From Octopus vulgaris (Eukaryota): a DNA stretch of 64,000 bases. How positions within the stretch are numbered: position 1 is the stretch's first letter; the number at the start of each line of letters is the position of its first letter. Shown in pieces: positions 38,408-51,255 of the stretch. Position numbers and translations under genes: made by a program. The stretch spans positions 79,174,001 to 79,238,000 of the forward strand of contig OX597825.1 in the NCBI GenBank assembly GCA_951406725.2, read 5' to 3'. Under the pieces are notes generated by a model, which was not told the DNA's origin, did not search any database, and saw only the letters and a list, made by a program, of their open reading frames with translations.

Positions 38408-38882
38408 CCCATTGTATTTCCTTCTCTTTTTCTGTTGTCCTCTTCATCCGTCACACTACAACATGGAAGAGTGAAATTGGAATTGTGGATTTGGGACAAA
38501 CGGTTGATGCCATTTCTATCATTGTCATTAGGGCGAATGAGCAGCATTTCAGGTGCCTTGACATTCTGAGTTCAATTTCTACTGAGGTTGACTTTGCCTT
38601 TCATCCTTTCGGGGTCGATAAAATAAGTACCAGTGAAACACTGGGGTCGATGTTATTCACTAACAGCAGCCCCTCAGACTTCAGGCCTTGTGCTTTTAGT
38701 AGAAAGGGTTATCATCATTATTATCATTAAGGCAGCGAACTTCCAGAGTTGTTACCACTCCAGAATTGCTTGGCACTTTACGTTATGAGCATACATACAT
38801 ACATACATACATACACACACATACATACACACACATACATACATACACACATACACACTTACATATATACATGCATACATAC

Positions 38883-38913
<31 letters not shown>

Positions 38914-39725
38914 CATACATACACACATACATATAAAAGCAAAAGAAGCTGACGTGGATTCTCCAAATCCACTCTGTCTGAGATTCTTTTAATGAATATA
39001 TGAACACAATTGGTTGTGCATCGACAAGGACACACATGTAATAGATAATGATACACACACACAAACAGTGGTGGTGGTAGTAGTAGTAGTAGTGGTGGTG
39101 GTGGTGGTGGTGATGGTAGTTGTGGGTGGTGGTGGTGTAGTAGTAGTAGGTGGGTTGTTGTGGTGGTGTTGGTGTTGGTAGTAGTAGTGGTTGTGATGGT
39201 GGTGGTAGTAGTAGAAATGGTGGTGGTGGCGGTTGTGGTGGGTGGTGATGGTGCTAGTTGTAGTAGTGGTTGTGGTTGTGGGTGGTGGTAGTAGTAGTAA
39301 TAGTAGTATGTTAACCTCCCTTTTAATGCAAAGTTCTTTCTCCTTTTCTAGTTATATTTAATGTATTTGTTAAATTAAATTCCCACATCAAGGCAATGTC
39401 TCTTGTTCTCCTCACAAAAGGTCCAAAGTTTCACTGATTGCAATGCATACAAGAGATGTAGATTACAATGAGTCAAGAATAAAAAAATGGTGAGTGCTGG
39501 ACAGAGGGGTCACACAGGAGAGCTAGGAAGAAGGGAAGATAATAAAGTAGTCGTGATCCCAAAACAAAGGTGCCGTGCATGTGTATAAGCAATTATGTAT
39601 GTGTGTGTGGAAGAGGGCTGGTGACCTTGACATGTGCGTGTGTGTATGTGTAGGTGTGTGGATGTGGGGCTGGGAAGTGGTCAGTGCTAGTGTATATATA
39701 TATACATATATATATTCACACACAT

Positions 39726-39770
<45 letters not shown>

Positions 39771-40231
39771 TATATATATATGCATATATTATTTTATTAA
39801 AATTATTATTTTATTTATTTCTTAAAAAATATTATTTTTGCTTATTTATTTAACTATTATCATTAACCTGAAGATTGACTATAACCATAATTCAAATTTT
39901 AATTGAATTTAAATTATTGTAATTCAAATTAGGTTATGGCCATGAAACATACGTAGTGGTTTTACTTATTATCTTATATTAAACTTTTTAATACTTTTTG
40001 ATACTTACATATATTTTTAAAAAGTTTAAAAATTAAAAAAATTATTAATTTAAATTTTTAAAATATTTTTAAAATATAAAAATTTATAAATATAAATGAA
40101 TAATTTTAAATTTAAATATTTTAAATTTTGAATTTTTTTATATATTTTGTATATTATTAATTATTTTTATTTTTATGTTTTGATTTATGTTTTTCACTGT
40201 TTGATTTACCTAATAGTGGTTTTATCTCTAA

Positions 40232-40284
<53 letters not shown>

Positions 40285-40386
40285 ACAATATAATTCTCTT
40301 TCCCTGATATATATATATATATATATACATACACATATACATATACATACATAGATATATATGCACATATACATACATATATATGC

Positions 40387-40419
<33 letters not shown>

Positions 40420-41149
40420 CGTATATATATACACATATACATACATGTATATATATATATGTGTGAGAGGGGGTGTTATTGTGAAGATATAGATCCCTCT
40501 TAAAATGGATCTTTACATCCAAGCTTCTCTGGTTCAATCCTATACCTGTTTTATTTGGTAATAAAATTATAAAGTAACCCTTAGCACCAACAATTACAAA
40601 TTATTAACTTATAAGTTAATTTAATTAATTAATACAAATTATATTATCTTTTCATGTTCTCACAATTAATAATTTGAATTAAAAGAAAGAAATAGACTTA
40701 CTTAGTGTTAACCATAATAGAAAAATAATATATATGCAAATTTAACAGTTCCTATGTTTCAAACATGATAACACACGCACACAAAAATGCGAACAAAAAA
40801 TACATACACATATAATGGTTTCTTTTATTTTAAACATATTAACACACACACACACACAGTCATAAATATATGAATGATGAAATGTTTAGTCTGTTGAGTG
40901 GCACTCAATCAATTAAGGTGTAATTTCTGTTTGTGTCAATTTTTTTCCCCTGGAGAAATATTTACTTTGCAATTTTTCAAAATGCAATTTTTCAAAATGC
41001 AATTTTTCAAAATGCAATTTTAATTTCTAAATTTGTAATTTGAATGAGAGAAAATATGGAAACAATTGTCGGCAAGTGTAAATTGACAAAATGTTAATAA
41101 ATTGATAGTTCTCTGTTAAAACTCTCCATTTTCTTCTTTCTTCATCATA

Positions 41150-41217
<68 letters not shown>

Positions 41218-41219
<2 letters not shown>

Positions 41220-41725
41220 AATCAAATCAAATCAAATCAAATCAAAATCGATGAACATCAATGGAATTTGTATTTTTGTGGTACCAGTGCCGGTGGCACA
41301 TAAGAAAACCATCCGAACGTGGCCGTAGCCAGTACCACGTCGACTGGCCTCCATACTGTGGGCACGTAACAAACACCATCCGATTGTGGCTGTGCCAGCC
41401 TCGCCTGGCCTCCGTGCAGGTGGCATGTAAAAAACAGCATCCAAGCGTGGCTGTTCGCCAGCCTCGTCTGGCACCTGTGTCGGTGGCACAAAAAAAACAC
41501 CATCCGAGCATGGCCGTTCACCAGCCTCGTCTGGTACCTGTGTCGGTGGCACATAAAAAGCACCCACTACACTCACGGAGTGGTTGGCGTTAGGAAGGGC
41601 ATCCAGCTGTAGAAACACTGCCAGATCTGACTGGCCTGGTGCAGCCTTCGGGCTTCCCAGACCCCAGTTGAACCGTCCAACCCATGCTAGCATGGAAAGC
41701 GGACGTTAAACGATGATGATGATGA
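41218..41725 (+). mobile_element. RTE-tail short element ending ...GGACGTTAAACGATGATGATG, with internal ~60-bp tandem subrepeats
   Basis: Same 3' end as copies at ~3915-4080, 4850-5210, 11640-11820, 14715-15010, 23900-24115, 33106-33445, 37355-37650, 46870-47110, 52360-52605, 54328-54512 and 63820-64000. Confidence 0.8.
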
Positions 41726-42525
41726 TATATATATATATATATATCAGGGACTGCCTGGCAAGGTAGGCAGTACCTACCCTGAATAAAATAGATTGATAGT
41801 AATATTTTCCTTTTATGGAAAAATATGCACCTAATTCAATAAAATTATGAAGGTTATTCTGATTACTTTGCATAAAATGCAAAATATTTTATTTTTCTGT
41901 AGATTTAGGTAGGCATAATTTGCCCCTGCCATTCAATCTCAGTATTAAAACTACGCAAAGAACTGCTGTAGTACACATGGTGCATACATCCCTACAACAA
42001 CGTTTTTTTAATACACTATGTATATATCTGCCTACAATTCAGTCATGCACCTGTGTTTCACTTATTTTTTTGTGTGCCTACTACATAAATGTCACCAACT
42101 GTCTACTCTGAGTAGTTACTAATGGCACGTGCCTTATATATATATATATACATACATACATACATACATACATGCATACAGATGGAGGAAGCAGGTTAAG
42201 GAGGGGCGGGTCGACACTTTTGAGAGAGCACGTATTCTGCATGAAGAATCTAAGTGTGCTGCTCAAAACTGTACTACTGGTGTAGTGAATGGGGGAAAGC
42301 TTGGTTTGCAGTGTTTGCAGTTGTGTATACTTGTCAAGAGTAGGGCTCATTAGCCATCAATAAGAAGCTCAAATGCAAAATATAAGTTAGTCCCTGCAGT
42401 GCACAATGTTCCTAAAGGTCAGTAATGGTCTTCCTCAGTCACAAGTGGACAGCCATCATGATAGATCATTAGCTCCTACACGCATTTTTTCTCTCCTTGT
42501 TTCTCTCCTTGTTTTTTTCTGTGTA

Positions 42526-42563
42526 TCTTTCTGTTGAAGAGCGTAGGCTCGAAACATAAAAGA
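42526..42563 (+). ncRNA. Degenerate minimal hammerhead ribozyme-like motif
   Basis: Stem I TCTTT/AAAGA; core CTGTTGA (A6 changed to T); stem II GAGC-GTAG-GCTC; GAAAC-ATA. Confidence 0.5.
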
Positions 42564-42659
42564 CTTTTTCTATTTCTATTCCTGAGCGCTATACTAATAC
42601 ATTTGTTTGTTTGTACTCCACCTGCCTTCATCTTTTGTTTATTTTCGTAAACTTTCCCG

Positions 42660-42712
<53 letters not shown>

Positions 42713-43569
42713 TATATATATATGTTTACATATATATATATGTATGTATGTATGTATGTATACATATAATAGATTTCAATCATAATTTCTGGCTATGAAT
42801 GTTCAGTTGTTAGTAGTTTGGTTGTTAAGTCAATTGAATTTTCAGTCATGTTGGACTGGTATGCAAGTGGCTGAGTACTCCTCACACATGTGTACTCTTA
42901 ATGCAATTCTCATGCTGCATCAACATCTCACTGTCTGACAGGAACAAGGCTTTAGATTAAAAGTACAACCCATCCAAGAAGCTTCCTTTCAGTTTTCAGT
43001 TACCCAATTTCGCCCCGAAGCCATTGGGAACTCAAGGTTGCAGAAAATTACACTTGTCTAAGATGCTGTGCAGCAGGATTGAAACCCAGACTGCATAATA
43101 GTGTAAGAAATTTCTTAACCATTTAGTCAAACATGGCATATGTAGTATTGGCTTCAAATCTTGGCACAAGGCCAATCATTTTGAGTGAGGGATTGAGTTG
43201 GTTACATGAACCCCAGTACTCAACCAATACTTATTTAATCGATCCCAGAAGAATAAAAAGCAAAACAGACCTCAATTGAATTTGAACTCAGAACCTAAAC
43301 ATTTTGTTTTTTAATCTTTTTTACATCTTATATCTTAGATTATATTAGTCAAAATGTCTTTCTGTTTTTAAGATTGCAGCATGTAAGTTAAGGGACACAG
43401 CATGTAAGCTAAACAACTATACAGGGGCTATATAGAGACTCTTGCAGGGACTTTTTAACAAGTGGCTGCTATTGGTGATGGTTATAGCAAATGCAGGATT
43501 AGGGAAAAACGTCTGTAGCATGTAAGTTAAGACTTGTTTGGGTTTATTTCTTGTTGACTGTTGGTTGTG

Positions 43570-43900
43570 GTGGATGGCTCAGTGGTTAAAGCATCGGGCT
43601 CACAATCATGATGTAGTGAGTTCGATTCCTGGATCAGGCTGTGTGTTGTGTTCTTGAGCAAGACACTGTATTTTCATGTTGCTCCAGTTCACTCAGCTGT
43701 AGAAATGAGCTGCGACGTCACTGGTGCCAAGCTGTATCGGCCCCTTTGCCTTTCCCTTGGATAACATCGGTGGTGTGAAGAGGGGAAGCTGATATGCTTG
43801 GGTGACTTCTGGTCTTCCATAAACAACCTTGTCCGGACTCGTGCCTCAGAGGGTAACTTTCTAGGTGCAATCCCATGGTCATTCATGACTAAAGGAGGTC
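43570..43900 (+). mobile_element. tRNA-derived SINE (different body)
   Basis: TGGCTCAGTGG A box, GAGTTCGATTCC B box, followed by a CTTGAGCAAGACAC-type core. Confidence 0.7.
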
Positions 43901-44689
43901 TTTACCCATTACCCTAAATGGTTATATAGAGGCTCTCAAAATGTTTTTTAAAAGTGACTTGTATTGGTGATGGGTAGAATAAATGAAAGGCAGGAGAGAA
44001 AAGAGAAGAGGGTGAAAAACGTTTTGTCTTACCTTCCAGTCCTTCAAATTGTGATCCAAGGAAGATACAAAATATATAGTAAAAATACCACAGCGGGACC
44101 TTAATGATTGTCTTAGACATATCCGGAATTGTAGATATACTTATAGGTGTAAGGGTATATTAAGAATAGAAGCAGTTCCAGTGTATAATTAGGGGACTCT
44201 GTGATGTCAGTCGACTCTTGAAAATAGCAGCTGACTCTCCCTCAGTTTACGCATTGATGACTCGTTGGATAATGTGATTGTGTGTGAGTGAACTGTGTAT
44301 AACAAGACAGGGTGGTCACAGTTAGATTGTGTTTAGTCATTGGAGGTTTGTCAGTTTGGTGGTCAGATAACAGCAACAACAACAATAAATGTTTTTGAAA
44401 GAATTGGTTTTTTTTTGGTTTTTTTGTATGAGATGTTTTACTTTTGTTGAAATTTGTTGCTTATTATATTTTTTTGGCATGAAAATAAAAGGAAGAGAGA
44501 GAGAAAGAAAGAAAGAAAGAAAGACAGTGAGAGGGAGAGAGGTGGATTGAAGAGGATTTTGACTGAAAACTTTCAGATTTGTAAAAACTTAAAAATCATG
44601 GTAATGGCCACCTCCTGAGACTATTTCCAAAACAGCTGTGACATCAGTAGTTTGACTCAGCAACGAAGATAGGGAACCTCTCGTATGTG

Positions 44690-44759
<70 letters not shown>

Positions 44760-44958
44760 CTTGATGTTTTCTCTTACATCACTGCTCATGGTTGTACATG
44801 TTTTCAGTGACGGAGGAGAAAGGGAAGAGAATTAGTGAGGGAGCAGAGGGGGACAGCGAGAAAGAGAGAGAAAGTGAAAGAAGAAAGAGAGAGAGAGAGA
44901 GAGAGAGAGGGGGAGAATTTTCTTAGATTATAACTCTATTGCATTAACACACACACAC

Positions 44959-44989
<31 letters not shown>

Positions 44990-45605
44990 CACACACATAC
45001 ACAGACATATGTATTTATATATATATGTGTGTGTGTGTATGTGTGTATATATGTGTGTATATATATATATATATATGCATGTATCTATGTATGTTGTGTG
45101 TATGTATGTGTGTATGTATGTATGCACACCTGCCCATCACATGCACACACCTACTTAATGTACCTGTGCATGTGTGGACTGCCATTAAATATTGGTTAGT
45201 TTTTATATGCAACATGAAAGTACATAATTACTGCCACCCTTTTACAACCACCACCACTAACACCACCGCCATCAACACCACTGCCATCAACACCACCACC
45301 ACCACCACCACTGCAAGCTCCATCATCATCATCACCATCAACATCATTTACCAAAATTCCCTGACCTCCTCCTCCTCCTCCTCCTCACCGCTGCCACCAC
45401 CATTGTGGCAAATAAAAGGTTATTATTATTATTATCATTATTATTGCCAATGTGGGAAACCAACATTATTGCTATCGTTGTTGTTGTTGTTGTTGTTATT
45501 GTCTTCTTTTGCTGAGATCAATAAATTAGAAACGAAACACTTTCTGTGGTCGATTGGTTTGGGGGGGGGAATCAAGATGATTGAAGAGACAGTAAGAGTG
45601 TGGAG

Positions 45606-45656
<51 letters not shown>

Positions 45657-47529
45657 TGTCAAAGAAAGAGAGAGAGAAAAGCAATAAATATAGAGAGATA
45701 TAGAGGCTGTGTATGATAATGAGTAGGAAAAGAGGAAGAGAGAGAGAGAGAGAGAGAGAAAAGATAGAGAGAGAGAGAAGAGAGAGAAAAAAGAGATAGA
45801 GTCAAAGAAAGAGAGAGCAGAAGAGACAGAAAAATAAATAGATAAAGAGATAGAGGAAGAGAGAGAGAGACAGACAGACAGACGGACAAACAGAAGTGAT
45901 AGATATAGTGGGATATACAGGGTGTGCATGATAGTGAGTAGGAAAGAGGAGGAGGAGGAGAGAAAAGGAGAGAGAGAGGCAGACAGAGACATATATGTAG
46001 ACAGAAAGACAGACAGAGAGTGAGAAAGAGAGAGGGTGTGTGTTTGTGTGTGTGTGTGTCTGGGGTGGGGAGAGAATTTTAGGGAGGACCGAGTGTCTGG
46101 GTGGGAGGGAGGAAAGGTAGGTGTGTTGATCTGTTGTGCAATGGTTTTACACTGACATTCACAAATTTGATGATGTAATACTCTGTAGTTAACGCATGCA
46201 CACATACACACAGGCATGCACATATATATCGTGAGAAACACCCAGTATATTTAGTTCCTATACATAGGTTTCACCATTGCAGTTCTCTGGAACTCAGCAT
46301 TTGATGCCCCAAATATGTTTGGATGCCTAACTGCCAAGGATCAGCCACAGAACGTTTTATTGCATTCTGTTGCAGAGATCTAATAGTTACCTCACTGTGT
46401 GTGTCTCCTGTCCACCACAACTGAACAAAACAGAATTAATATCCTGGCAGACTCGTTAGCGCGCCGGGCGAAATGCTTAGTGGTATTTTGTCTGGCGTTA
46501 CGTTCTGAGTTCAAATTCCGCCGAGGTCGACTTGCGTTTCATCCTTTCAGTGTCAATTAAATAAGTACCAGTTATGCATTGGGGTCGATATAATCGACTT
46601 AATCCATTTGTCTGTCCTCTCTGTGTTTAGTCCCTTGTGGGTAGTAAAGAAATAGGTATTTCGTCTGCCGTTACGTTGTGAGTTCAAATTCTGCCGAGGT
46701 CCACTTTGCCTTTCATCCTTTTGGGGTCGATAAATTAAGTACCAGTTACGCACTGGGGCCGATGTAATCGACTTAATGTCCTTGTTTGTCCCCTCTATGT
46801 TTAGCCCCTTGTGGGCAATAAAGAAATAAGAATTAATATCTTAAAACCACCTTGGTAATACTTGTCCATGAAGGGCACTGGTGCTGATACTATGCAAACA
46901 GCACTGGTGCTTGTGCCACGTAAGATGCATAGGTGATGGTGCCACGTAAAAAGCACCCGGTACACTCTGTAAAGTGGTTGGCATTTGGAAGGATATTGAG
47001 CTGTTGAAACCAAGCCAAAAGAAAAAGATTATGGAACCTGATTCAGCTCTTGGCCTTGCCAGCTCCTGTCAAACCATCTAACCCATGCCAGCATGGAAAA
47101 CAGGCATTAAGTGGTGGTGGTGGTAGTAGTGTATATCATAACTAATTATACTGCTATGTGCAACAGTCAGCTAACCACTATACTGGAACCCGAGTGGATA
47201 GTGATAATCTACTTGGAACTTTAACACACACAGTCTTATATATATATATATGTGAAGTATTGAAACTGCTATAATCTTGTGGTACACAGCTGATGAGGGT
47301 TCAACATTCAGTCATTATCTTTGTAACGTTTTCCAAGCTTTTATCATTTGTGCAAATTCCTTGTATTTATGATTGTCAATGAATATTATTGGACTCTCAT
47401 TGGTTTGATGTTCAACAAGACACTACTGCACAATGTTCTTGGGCCGATGCTTTGCTGTATCATCTTATGTAGCAACCCAGATGTATCTGAGATTTTCAGA
47501 TCCAGTAATGGATGTTGCAGTAGAAGTCT

Positions 47530-50500
47530 CTATCATTTGAAGGTAGATTGGATCTGACTCTATGTTGGACTCTTGTTTGCTTCAGGCTGTTGATCCTGGC
47601 TGTCTCAAAGTTGGTGTCTTGGCAGAGAGAACTTCTCCACTGAACTCTATTCAATGCTTCTGATTCCTATTTCAGGTTTATCTTGCAAGTTTCTTAGAGT
47701 GTTCTTATAATGGAACCATGGGTAACCATGGTGCCTGACATCAGGGTTAAGCAGACAGACCATAGAAGAGGGATTTAAGTAAGCCAGTGTCTTCTATGTA
47801 TACCATATGGTTAACCAGCCTCAGTTGCACTTTGAGAAGAAGACTCTCTCTACCTAGAATGTCACATCTTGCAAGAACCTCTGTTGGGGACTTTATCCTG
47901 CCAACTGAGATTGCAAACTGATGAATGGAATTGGAGATGGAATAAGTAGCCATTTAATTTGGTGCCTGTAGAGAGTCCATGTTTTACAACCTTATAAGAG
48001 AGAGATAAGTACTATTGCTTGGTACATTTTGATTTTTGTTGACAGGCAAGGCCATGATCTCTCCACAGTCTGTGATGGAGTTTACCAAAAACTGAGCTTG
48101 CCTTTGTCAATCACTGGGTGATCTCTTGCTCCAGTTGGGCATTGCTTGATAGGATGTTCCATGCAAGTACAACATTTAGAAGGTATCATCTACTATGGCA
48201 ATAAGATCCTGTTTTGGGTATCCAGGTGCTGGCTGGTGCCAGACTTCAGTCTTCCTCCCACTGATTGTTAAGCTGAAGGAGTTATCAACGTTAGCAGAAC
48301 AGTTATCCAGTACTTGGATATCCCACAGAGAAATTGCTATCAGTTCACAGTTGTCTGCAAATAGAAACTCTCACAGAAGTTGTTCTCTGACTTTAATTCT
48401 AACTCTGAGGCATTATGGATTGGAATATTGCCACCCACTGTCCTAAACTGGAAATTTACACCTTTGTCAACATCTCTGAATGTGACTTGCAGCATAGCTG
48501 AGAAGTAGATTACAAACAAAACAGAGGGCGTTACATGGCTCTACTTGGTTCCATTCTTTACAGGGAATTCATCAGAAGCTGAATCTTTCATCACAGAGGC
48601 CGTCATAGTGGAATGATTTTATTACTCTGATCACCATTTTCAGTACACAAACCTGAGCAGGCCTTTCCAGAGAGTGTCATAGTTTACCATATTAAAAGCT
48701 TTTGTGAAATCAACAAAGACCATATACAGGTCCTGCTTCTAATATTTGACTTTCTTCTAGCCTTGACATGTAGCGAATATCATATCAATTGTTTCTCAAC
48801 CATCATGGAAACCACATTGTGATTCAGAGCACACAGTGTCCACAAGGTGAAGAATGGTCCAGTTGAACCTGACTTTGGGGAGTATTTTGCTAGCAGTGAA
48901 GAGAAGTGATATCCCACAAGGGTTGTCACAACTTGTTGCATTTTCACTTGTCTAGATGAACTATGAAGGCATCTTTGTAGTCATACGGGACAATACCTTG
49001 ACCCCCTTATGTTCTGGAAAAGCTTGGTGAGTTTTTAACCAGGTGATTCCACCATCTTTGTAAATCTCACCTGGTATGCTGTCAAAGTTTAGTTGCTTCT
49101 TGGAGGAAGGCTGTTTTATGACTTTTGTCACTTCTGACAGAGATCTTCCCAAACCAAGCTGATCCAAGACAGTGTGTTGTGGCCAGGGTCAGTGATGTCA
49201 TCATTTACTGTTGACACTTACTTTAGGACTGTGTTGAAGGGTTCCACTCAATGGAGAAGATATCATCCTTGTGTGTTTGAAGCTGGATGCCATATGATGT
49301 AGTTCTACAAGACTTGGGATCACAGATTGCCTTGAGACTCTTGCAGATAGTCTTCATGTGATGTTTATCAGCAGCTTCCTGTAGTTCAGATGCTTTGTTC
49401 TCCCGTTATAGGTTCCTCATGGTTCTTAGTCTGGTTGTCTGGGTGTGTTTGGCCAAATGGTACCTGGGTTGTCTGGGTGTGTTTGGCCAACTGGTACCTG
49501 GGTTGTCTGGGTGTGTTTGGCCAAATGGTACCTGGGTTGTCTGGGTGTGTTTGGCCAAATAGTACCTGGGTTATCTGGGTGTGTTTGGCCAAATGGTACC
49601 TGGGTTGTCTGGGTGTGTTTGGCCAAATGGTACCTGGGTTGTCTGGGTGTGTTTGGCCAAATAGTACCTGGGTTATCTGGGTGTGTTTGGCCAAATGGTA
49701 CCTGGGTTGTCTGGGTGTGTTTGGCCAAATGGTACCTGGCCTTAGTTCCTGCTGATGAAATGGCTGAGATGTACAGATTATGAGCAGCAGAGTAAATAAT
49801 GTCAATGAGTTCTGCAATGTTCTGAGGTTCTCATCGAACTAGTCTTGATGTTTGCTCTTGGCAAAGCCAAAAACCTCAGTTGTCAGAAGCTGTCTTATGT
49901 AAGTTGCTTCAAGATCTCCCAGTATTGTTTGATACTCAGAATTTTATCTGTCATGCTGTCCAGAGCATTGTCCAGGGTCTGTCCAAGTTTACTCATGCAC
50001 TTTTGTTTTGCCTTATGTACAGATACGGTGAATCTCTTTCCAGGTTTATTTTTATGTATTGGTTGTTTTGCTGTAAACTTCAAGGATATGGTGCTCCTGA
50101 TTATCCTGTGTCCCAACCAACAATCTGCTCCTCTGAGTGATCTGATCACGTAAACATCCAGCAGAAGGCGGAGAGCTGGCAGAAATGTTAGCACGCCGGG
50201 CGAAATGCTTAGCAATATTTCGTCTGCTGTCATGTTCTGAGTTCAAATTCCGCCGAGGTCGACTTTGCCTTTCATCCTTTCGGGGTCGATTAAATAAGTA
50301 CCAGTTACGCACTGGGGTTGATATAATCGATTTGATCCGTTTGTCTGTCCTTGTTTGTCCTGTGTTTAGCCCCTTGTGGGTAGTAAAGAAATATCTCTTT
50401 GGGAAATGGTCACATAGTCCACTCTACAAAATGCCAATCTTTTGGTTTGGGGTGCAACCAGGTTGTTTCATGTTTAATGGTTTGTTGGAAGGCCGTGTAA

Positions 50501-50690
50501 GTAACATAGCAATAGTTAGTTTGAATTTTCTGCATTTTGTCAGAAGGAGGTGATCATTACAGTTCTCTTTTCCAATGCCATGCCATACAATGTCTTTGTA
50601 TCCCCTTCTATGTAGAATCATCCTTGCTAATTCAGCTATTAAAGTCCCACAGGAGGATTAGCTTGTCTTTGTATGGCACTCTTCTAAATA
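47530..50690 (-). mobile_element. Decayed RTE-clade LINE (RT region), interrupted by a minisatellite and a SINE
   Basis: Minus-strand motifs DSIPGEIYKDGG, CDN..GISLLFTASKIL, SQCGF…ETIDMIFA, LYMVFVDFTKAF, FPVKNGTK and FLFADN, with stops and frameshifts. Confidence 0.85.
49430..49739. repeat. 34-bp minisatellite (GGTACCTGGGTTGTCTGGGTGTGTTTGGCCAAAT) x ~9
   Basis: Near-perfect tandem copies; a variant unit recurs at 102-bp spacing. Confidence 0.95.
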
Positions 50691-50737
50691 TTCTACTGAG
50701 ATCATCACAGATGGTTTCTTTGCACACACACACACGC

Positions 50738-50957
50738 ATGAGGGGATGCTGAGCAGTTCCTGGCTTTAAGGGTGTCACAAAAGGCCTGGTTGGATGCCCA
50801 ACATTTCGAGTTCTTTTACAGGGCTTAGAAAAACTGAAGGACTGCTGCAGTAAGTGTGTGAATCTGAGAAGAGAATATGTTGAATAAAATCATAATTAAC
50901 TGATCCTCTTGTATTTCCTTTTACCCAAATCCAGGAACTTTTCAGTGCTCCCTCGTA
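50738..50957. mobile_element. Mariner-derived MITE (second copy)
   Basis: Ends GAACTTTTCAGTGCTCCCTCGTA; the interior retains a mariner C-terminus ([11 protein letters not shown]). Confidence 0.8.
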
Positions 50958-51217
50958 TGTATGTATGTATGCATCTGTATTTGTATCTATGTATATATAG
51001 GTTTCTACATATGTATGTGTGTGTGTATATACATATGTATATATATGTATGTATATATATATATATGTGTGTGTATGTATATATATATATATATGTATGT
51101 ATATGTACATATATATATATGTATATGTACATATATATATATGTATATGTACATATATATATATGTATATGTACATATATATATGTATATGTACATATAT
51201 ATGTATGTATATGTATG

Positions 51218-51255
<38 letters not shown>

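Noticed and set aside
44777-44800. Minus-strand ATGAGCAGTGAT|gtaaga as receptor exon 1
   Set aside because: Phase 0 does not join the phase-1 exon at 38117 and it encodes no signal peptide.
45025-46241. 220-aa and 266-aa ORFs
   Set aside because: Concatenated (CA)n, (ACC)n, (TCC)n, (TTG)n and (GA)n microsatellites with no domain.
49386-49817. Repetitive ORFs and a possible CRISPR-like array
   Set aside because: Head-to-tail 34-bp units with no unique spacers, no cas genes, and a eukaryotic context.
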